A stretch of 64,000 nucleotides of DNA from Bdellovibrionales bacterium (GTDB lineage: Bacteria; Bdellovibrionota; Bdellovibrionia; Bdellovibrionales; UBA1609). Shown in pieces: positions 59,734-64,000 of this stretch (its first letter is position 1; every line of letters begins with the position of its first letter). Made by a program: the position numbers and the translations under genes. The stretch spans positions 640,001 through 704,000 of the forward strand of contig CBDHDF010000010.1 of assembly GCA_965261545.1 (NCBI GenBank). The letters run 5' to 3'. The notes under the pieces were generated by a model. That model saw only the letters and a list, made by a program, of their open reading frames with translations. It was not told the origin of the DNA and did no database searches.

Positions 59734-61422
59734 GTGAAAAAACACAAGTCCTTCCTCTCCCTACTATATTTTTTCTTAAACCTTCTCTTAAGAGGAGCCA
59801 TTTCTATGTCTCTCTCTGTGGGCCTTGGTTCTTGCACAAATGACAGTGCGACAACGCCCTCCCATTTAAACTTCCATTTAAAAAAGTCAGAAATTTTCTT
59901 CAATAACCTAAGAAGACAACCCGAAAATCTTCACCCTATACGCAGCACAGACTACTACTCAGCGGTCATTCACTACCACGTCCTAGAATCCCTTCTTCAA
60001 AGAAACGAAAATACCTATGAATGGGAACCACAGCTTGCTCAAAAATGGAGACTTGCCCCCCATGGAAACACCATGACCTTTGAGCTTAAAGACAATCTGA
60101 AGTGGTCGGACGGAAAGCCTCTCACCGTTCAAGATGTCCAATTTTCCTTTGAAGCCCACAAAAATCCTGAATATGGTGGTCTTCAATCTTTCTCAAAATT
60201 TGAAAATATGAAATCTATAAAAATATTAAGCGATAAGAAAATTCAATTTAAAATAAAAAGGCCCTACTTTGGAAGCTTGCAAGTTATTGCAAACATGAAA
60301 ATCATTCCTCAACATATTTATAAAAATCCAGAATCCAAACTCTCTAAAACCCTTATGGGGTCTGGCCCCTACGCTCTTAGCGGGTACGCTCAAGGAAAAT
60401 TTCTTTTCTTGAAAAAAAATGTCCTCTGGACGAACCGAACTTCCACCCCCAACCATGACAAATGGAGCTTCCCAGCCATCGCCTTTCGTTTCGTTCCCAC
60501 AGAGGCAGATGTTCTTTTAAACATGGAAAAGGAGCTTCTCGATTTTTCAACTCTCTCAGCCTCGGCTTTCTTAGAAAAAACCAATCATGCCCCTTGGGGA
60601 AAAAAAATTAAAAAAGTGAAATACCAAAAAAAACAACCCAGTGGTTACAACTGGATTGGATTGAACTTGAGAAAAACTATTTTTCAGGATAAAAAAGTTC
60701 GCAAAGCTCTGGCCCACCTCTTTCATCGAAAACTTATGAATGAAAAGTTTCACTACAATGAAAAAGAACTGGCGAGGGGGCCTTGGTATTTTTGGAGTGA
60801 TTACGCCGATAAATCGGTAAAAGCTATTGAGTTTAACCCCAAAGAAGCCAAAAAATTGCTCAAGGACTCTGGCTGGAAAGATCAAGACCAAAATGGTATT
60901 TTAGAAAAAAAACTACAAGGCCAAGCACAAGAACTAAACTTTACCCTGCTCTTTTCCCACGTCGATAGCGAAAAGTATCTCACTATTTATAAAGAAGACT
61001 TAAAAAAGGCAGGTATAGAGCTCCACCTCAAAAGGATCGACTGGCCATCATTTCTAAGCTTAGTGAGGGATAAAAAGTTTGAGGCCATGATGATAGGGCA
61101 TAGCGACCACCTCATAGACCTCGACCCCAAACCACGGTGGCACACGGCAAGCTCACGGAAGGGGGGCGGCAATATCATCAGTTACTCCAACCCCCAGGTG
61201 GATGCCTTGATCGATCAGGGCTGTGCTCAGTTGAGCAAGAAAGACAGAATTCAAACCTTTAAAAAAGTGTATAAAATCATTGCCGAGGATGTTCCCGGTA
61301 TTTTTATATTTAACACACGGAGCCGGTTCTATGGACTTAACCAGCGAATAAGGGCACCTTCCACGGCCTTAAACTATGGCTATGGTATGTCTGAATGGCG
61401 TTTCAAAGAAGAAAATGATTGA
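59734..61422 (+). CDS. Peptide ABC transporter substrate-binding lipoprotein (family 5), paralog 1
   Basis: LGSC lipobox, PENLHP, LKWSDGKPLT..DV.FS, GSGPY, VRKALAHL. Confidence 0.93.
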   Translation: MKKHKSFLSLLYFFLNLLLRGAISMSLSVGLGSCTNDSATTPSHLNFHLKKSEIFFNNLRRQPENLHPIRSTDYYSAVIHYHVLESLLQRNENTYEWEPQLAQKWRLAPHGNTMTFELKDNLKWSDGKPLTVQDVQFSFEAHKNPEYGGLQSFSKFENMKSIKILSDKKIQFKIKRPYFGSLQVIANMKIIPQHIYKNPESKLSKTLMGSGPYALSGYAQGKFLFLKKNVLWTNRTSTPNHDKWSFPAIAFRFVPTEADVLLNMEKELLDFSTLSASAFLEKTNHAPWGKKIKKVKYQKKQPSGYNWIGLNLRKTIFQDKKVRKALAHLFHRKLMNEKFHYNEKELARGPWYFWSDYADKSVKAIEFNPKEAKKLLKDSGWKDQDQNGILEKKLQGQAQELNFTLLFSHVDSEKYLTIYKEDLKKAGIELHLKRIDWPSFLSLVRDKKFEAMMIGHSDHLIDLDPKPRWHTASSRKGGGNIISYSNPQVDALIDQGCAQLSKKDRIQTFKKVYKIIAEDVPGIFIFNTRSRFYGLNQRIRAPSTALNYGYGMSEWRFKEEND

Positions 61423-61450
61423 GGAACAGCAAAACCTGTTATAGGTTTCA

Positions 61451-63337
61451 ATGATGCCTACAATGAAGTTCATAAAATTTGCTCCAAAGTCCAAACCCCT
61501 CTCCCCACTTGGGGCTGTGCCCCCAGCCATATCCTCCACTCGCTCTATCGTCCTCATGCTCATGGCCAAATTCATATCCTTCACGGGCCCCGCCGCCTTC
61601 ATGGCTGCCATGGCCCTCACCCTGACCTTCAGTGCCTGCACCAAGGATAAGCACAAGGGATCACCGTCTGACTCTTCGCAACAAGACCCTCCTCATCAAA
61701 CCCATCAAAAATTCAAAGATAACTCCAAGAACAACCAACCCACTGACTCCCAAGACCCACTCAAAGAAGCCAAAAATTCTTCATCATTGCATGTAAAAAG
61801 GTCAGAAACTTTTTTTAGCAACCTATCTGCAGAACCTGAAAACCTCCATCCCATCCGCAGCACGGACTACTACTCCAGAGTCATTCAAGACTATATCCTT
61901 GAATCCCTTCTTCAAAGAAACAAGGACACCTATGAATGGGATCCTCTTTTAGCTAAGTCTTGGAAAATTCACCCCAGTGGAAAAACATTCACCTTTGAAC
62001 TCCACGACAACTTAAAGTGGTCGGATGGCAAAGACCTCACGGCCCAAGATATTAAATTTTCCTTTGAAGCCTACAAAAACCCCAAGTACGGGGGAATCAG
62101 TTCTATCCCCTACTTTGAGAAACTAGAATCCGTACAAATTTTAAGCGAAAAAACTGTTCAGTTTAAGGTGAAAGATCCCTACTTCGGAAATTTTCAAACC
62201 ATCGCCACCATGAACATCATTCCAGAGCATATCTACAAGGACCCCGAAGCCAAGCTATCTAAGACCATGGTGGGCTCCGGCCCCTACATGATGGATAAAT
62301 ACATCAAGGGAAAAATGCTTGTTTTAAAGAAAAATACTCTCTGGGCCGGCCAAAGCCACCCCGCCAATATGGAGAAGTGGAATTTTCCATGGATTGCCTT
62401 TCGTTTTGTGCAAACGGATGCAGATGTCCTTCTTCGCATGGAAAAGGAGCACCTCGATTATGCAGCCCTATCTGCGGAATCCTTTGTGAAAAAAACCAAC
62501 ACCCCCCCTTGGGGAACGAAAATTAAGAAAATTGAATATCAAAACAAACAGCCCAGTGGATACGGATTTATCGGATTCAACTTTAAAAAACCCCTTTTTA
62601 AGGACATCAAAGTCAGAAAGGCTCTCGTCCACCTCTTTCACGGAGAGTTGATGAACAAAAAATTTTATTACAACCAAAGAGAACTGGCTCGGGGACCTTG
62701 GTATTTTTGGAGTGACTACGCAGACGAAACGGTGAAGGCCATGAAATTCAATCCCAAAAAGGCCATCGAAATTTTAAAATCCGCAGGCTGGGATGACAGA
62801 GATCAAAACGGAGTTTTGGAAAAAACAATCCAGGGAAAGCAAAAAGAACTCTCTTTTACCATTCTCTTTTCCAACTCCGAAAGTGAAAAGCTCTTGACAC
62901 TTTTCCAAGAAGACGCCAAACAGGCCGGAGTGCAAATCCACCTGAAGGTTCTAGATTGGGCCTCTTTTTTACGCTTGATTGAGGACAAAAAATTTGATGC
63001 CGCCATGCTTGGCTGGTCGGGGGGAAGTATCGACATCGACCCCAAGCAAATTTGGCATACAGAAAGTGCCCGAAACAAGGGATCCAATTTTATCAACTAC
63101 TCCAACCCCCAAGTGGATGCCCTCATCGACAAGGGGCGAACTCAGTTAAATCGAAAGAAACGCATCAAAACTTTCAAAAAGATTTACAGGCTCATTGCCG
63201 AAGATGTCCCCTATATCTTTATGTTTAACTCTCGAAAGCGCTTTTACGGCATCCACAGTAGAGTTGAGTCACCAGCCAATGCCTTTAACTATGATTCAAG
63301 TCAACCCTATTGGAAACTTAAAGCCACTTCTCAATAA
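61451..63337 (+). CDS. Peptide ABC transporter substrate-binding lipoprotein (family 5), paralog 2; start uncertain
   Basis: FSAC lipobox, EPENLHP, KWSDGK, GSGPY, NFINYSNPQVD. Confidence 0.93.
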   Translation: MMPTMKFIKFAPKSKPLSPLGAVPPAISSTRSIVLMLMAKFISFTGPAAFMAAMALTLTFSACTKDKHKGSPSDSSQQDPPHQTHQKFKDNSKNNQPTDSQDPLKEAKNSSSLHVKRSETFFSNLSAEPENLHPIRSTDYYSRVIQDYILESLLQRNKDTYEWDPLLAKSWKIHPSGKTFTFELHDNLKWSDGKDLTAQDIKFSFEAYKNPKYGGISSIPYFEKLESVQILSEKTVQFKVKDPYFGNFQTIATMNIIPEHIYKDPEAKLSKTMVGSGPYMMDKYIKGKMLVLKKNTLWAGQSHPANMEKWNFPWIAFRFVQTDADVLLRMEKEHLDYAALSAESFVKKTNTPPWGTKIKKIEYQNKQPSGYGFIGFNFKKPLFKDIKVRKALVHLFHGELMNKKFYYNQRELARGPWYFWSDYADETVKAMKFNPKKAIEILKSAGWDDRDQNGVLEKTIQGKQKELSFTILFSNSESEKLLTLFQEDAKQAGVQIHLKVLDWASFLRLIEDKKFDAAMLGWSGGSIDIDPKQIWHTESARNKGSNFINYSNPQVDALIDKGRTQLNRKKRIKTFKKIYRLIAEDVPYIFMFNSRKRFYGIHSRVESPANAFNYDSSQPYWKLKATSQ

Positions 63338-63376
63338 TCTCAGTCATAATCCCAGTGAGTCCCGAGGTGATGGTCC

Positions 63377-64000
63377 GTGTTTAAATACTTAATCAAAAGG
63401 CTCTTTCTCAGCATTCCCACTTTCCTTGGCATCACCCTGGTTTGCTTCCTTATCACCATCACCGCCCCTGGCGGCCCCATTGAACAAAAACTGGCTCAAC
63501 TTCGCTTTTCAGGCGCTGAAATAGGGGCCTCTGGAGGAGGAATGTCTTCGTCTTCGGGAAGCGACTATGGAGTGTCCGAAGAGGTTATGGAAGCCTTAAA
63601 AAAGCGATATGGATTTGATAAACCCCTTCACATTCAATACCTCCTATGGCTTAAAAATGCCCTGACCTTTAACTTTGGAGATAGCTTTATCCACGAAGAG
63701 CCCGTAACCAAGCTCATTGGGGAGAGAATACCCATAAGCCTACAGTTTGGGATTATTTCTCTTATACTCACCTATTTCGTTTGCATTTTTCTAGGAGTGG
63801 CCATGGCCGTTCGGAAGAATAGTTTTTTTGATGTGAGTGCCTCCTTGGGTCTCCTTGTCTTATACTCCATTATACCTCTCATGTTAGGCATTATCCTCAA
63901 GGTTTTTGTGGCCGGCCGCTGGGACCTCTTCCCTATTGGAGACCTTTATTCAGATATGTACTTTGAAAAAGATTTTTGGGGCCGAGTTATCGACCGAATC
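63377..64000 (+). CDS. Peptide ABC transporter permease (OppB/YejB-like), partial
   Basis: Hand-translated from GTG 63377 after a GAGGTG SD: (M)FKYLIKRLFLSIPTFLGITLVCF...APGGPIE...YGFDKPLHIQY..WL...NFGDS; open to the window end. Confidence 0.9.
   Translation, partial: MFKYLIKRLFLSIPTFLGITLVCFLITITAPGGPIEQKLAQLRFSGAEIGASGGGMSSSSGSDYGVSEEVMEALKKRYGFDKPLHIQYLLWLKNALTFNFGDSFIHEEPVTKLIGERIPISLQFGIISLILTYFVCIFLGVAMAVRKNSFFDVSASLGLLVLYSIIPLMLGIILKVFVAGRWDLFPIGDLYSDMYFEKDFWGRVIDRI

Overview
Gene-dense bacterial chromosomal window, most likely from a Bdellovibrionota-like organism (inferred from gene repertoire and protein style, not from a marker gene). It is mostly housekeeping and envelope genes: polA, purT, rmuC, tolQRA, ETF-QO, prfC, serA-like plus a class V aminotransferase, prkA-yeaH-spoVR, glmUS, putA, pdxH, a cysteine synthase/CBS, ridA and peptide ABC transporters. 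No rRNA, intact tRNA, CRISPR array, prophage or IS was found. Main points of interest: (1) a compact four-gene operon (54.2-59.7 kb) with an atypical Hsp70, a Zn-ribbon/TM/2xLysM protein, a TPR-like protein ending in an HPD-less J-like domain and a GrpE-like protein, the best candidate for an undescribed specialised chaperone/envelope-sensing system; (2) an Rpn (PD-(D/E)XK) nuclease gene with a probable internal antitoxin start, between prfC and a deletion-riddled mosaic copy of prfC; (3) pervasive short tandem duplications, many in frame inside conserved enzymes; (4) three frameshifts in short homopolymers (purT, tolR, a hidden prepilin-like gene), possibly assembly errors; (5) an HTTM/SdpAB-like plus DCC1 redox cluster. 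All calls come from motif recognition by eye; no searches were run.
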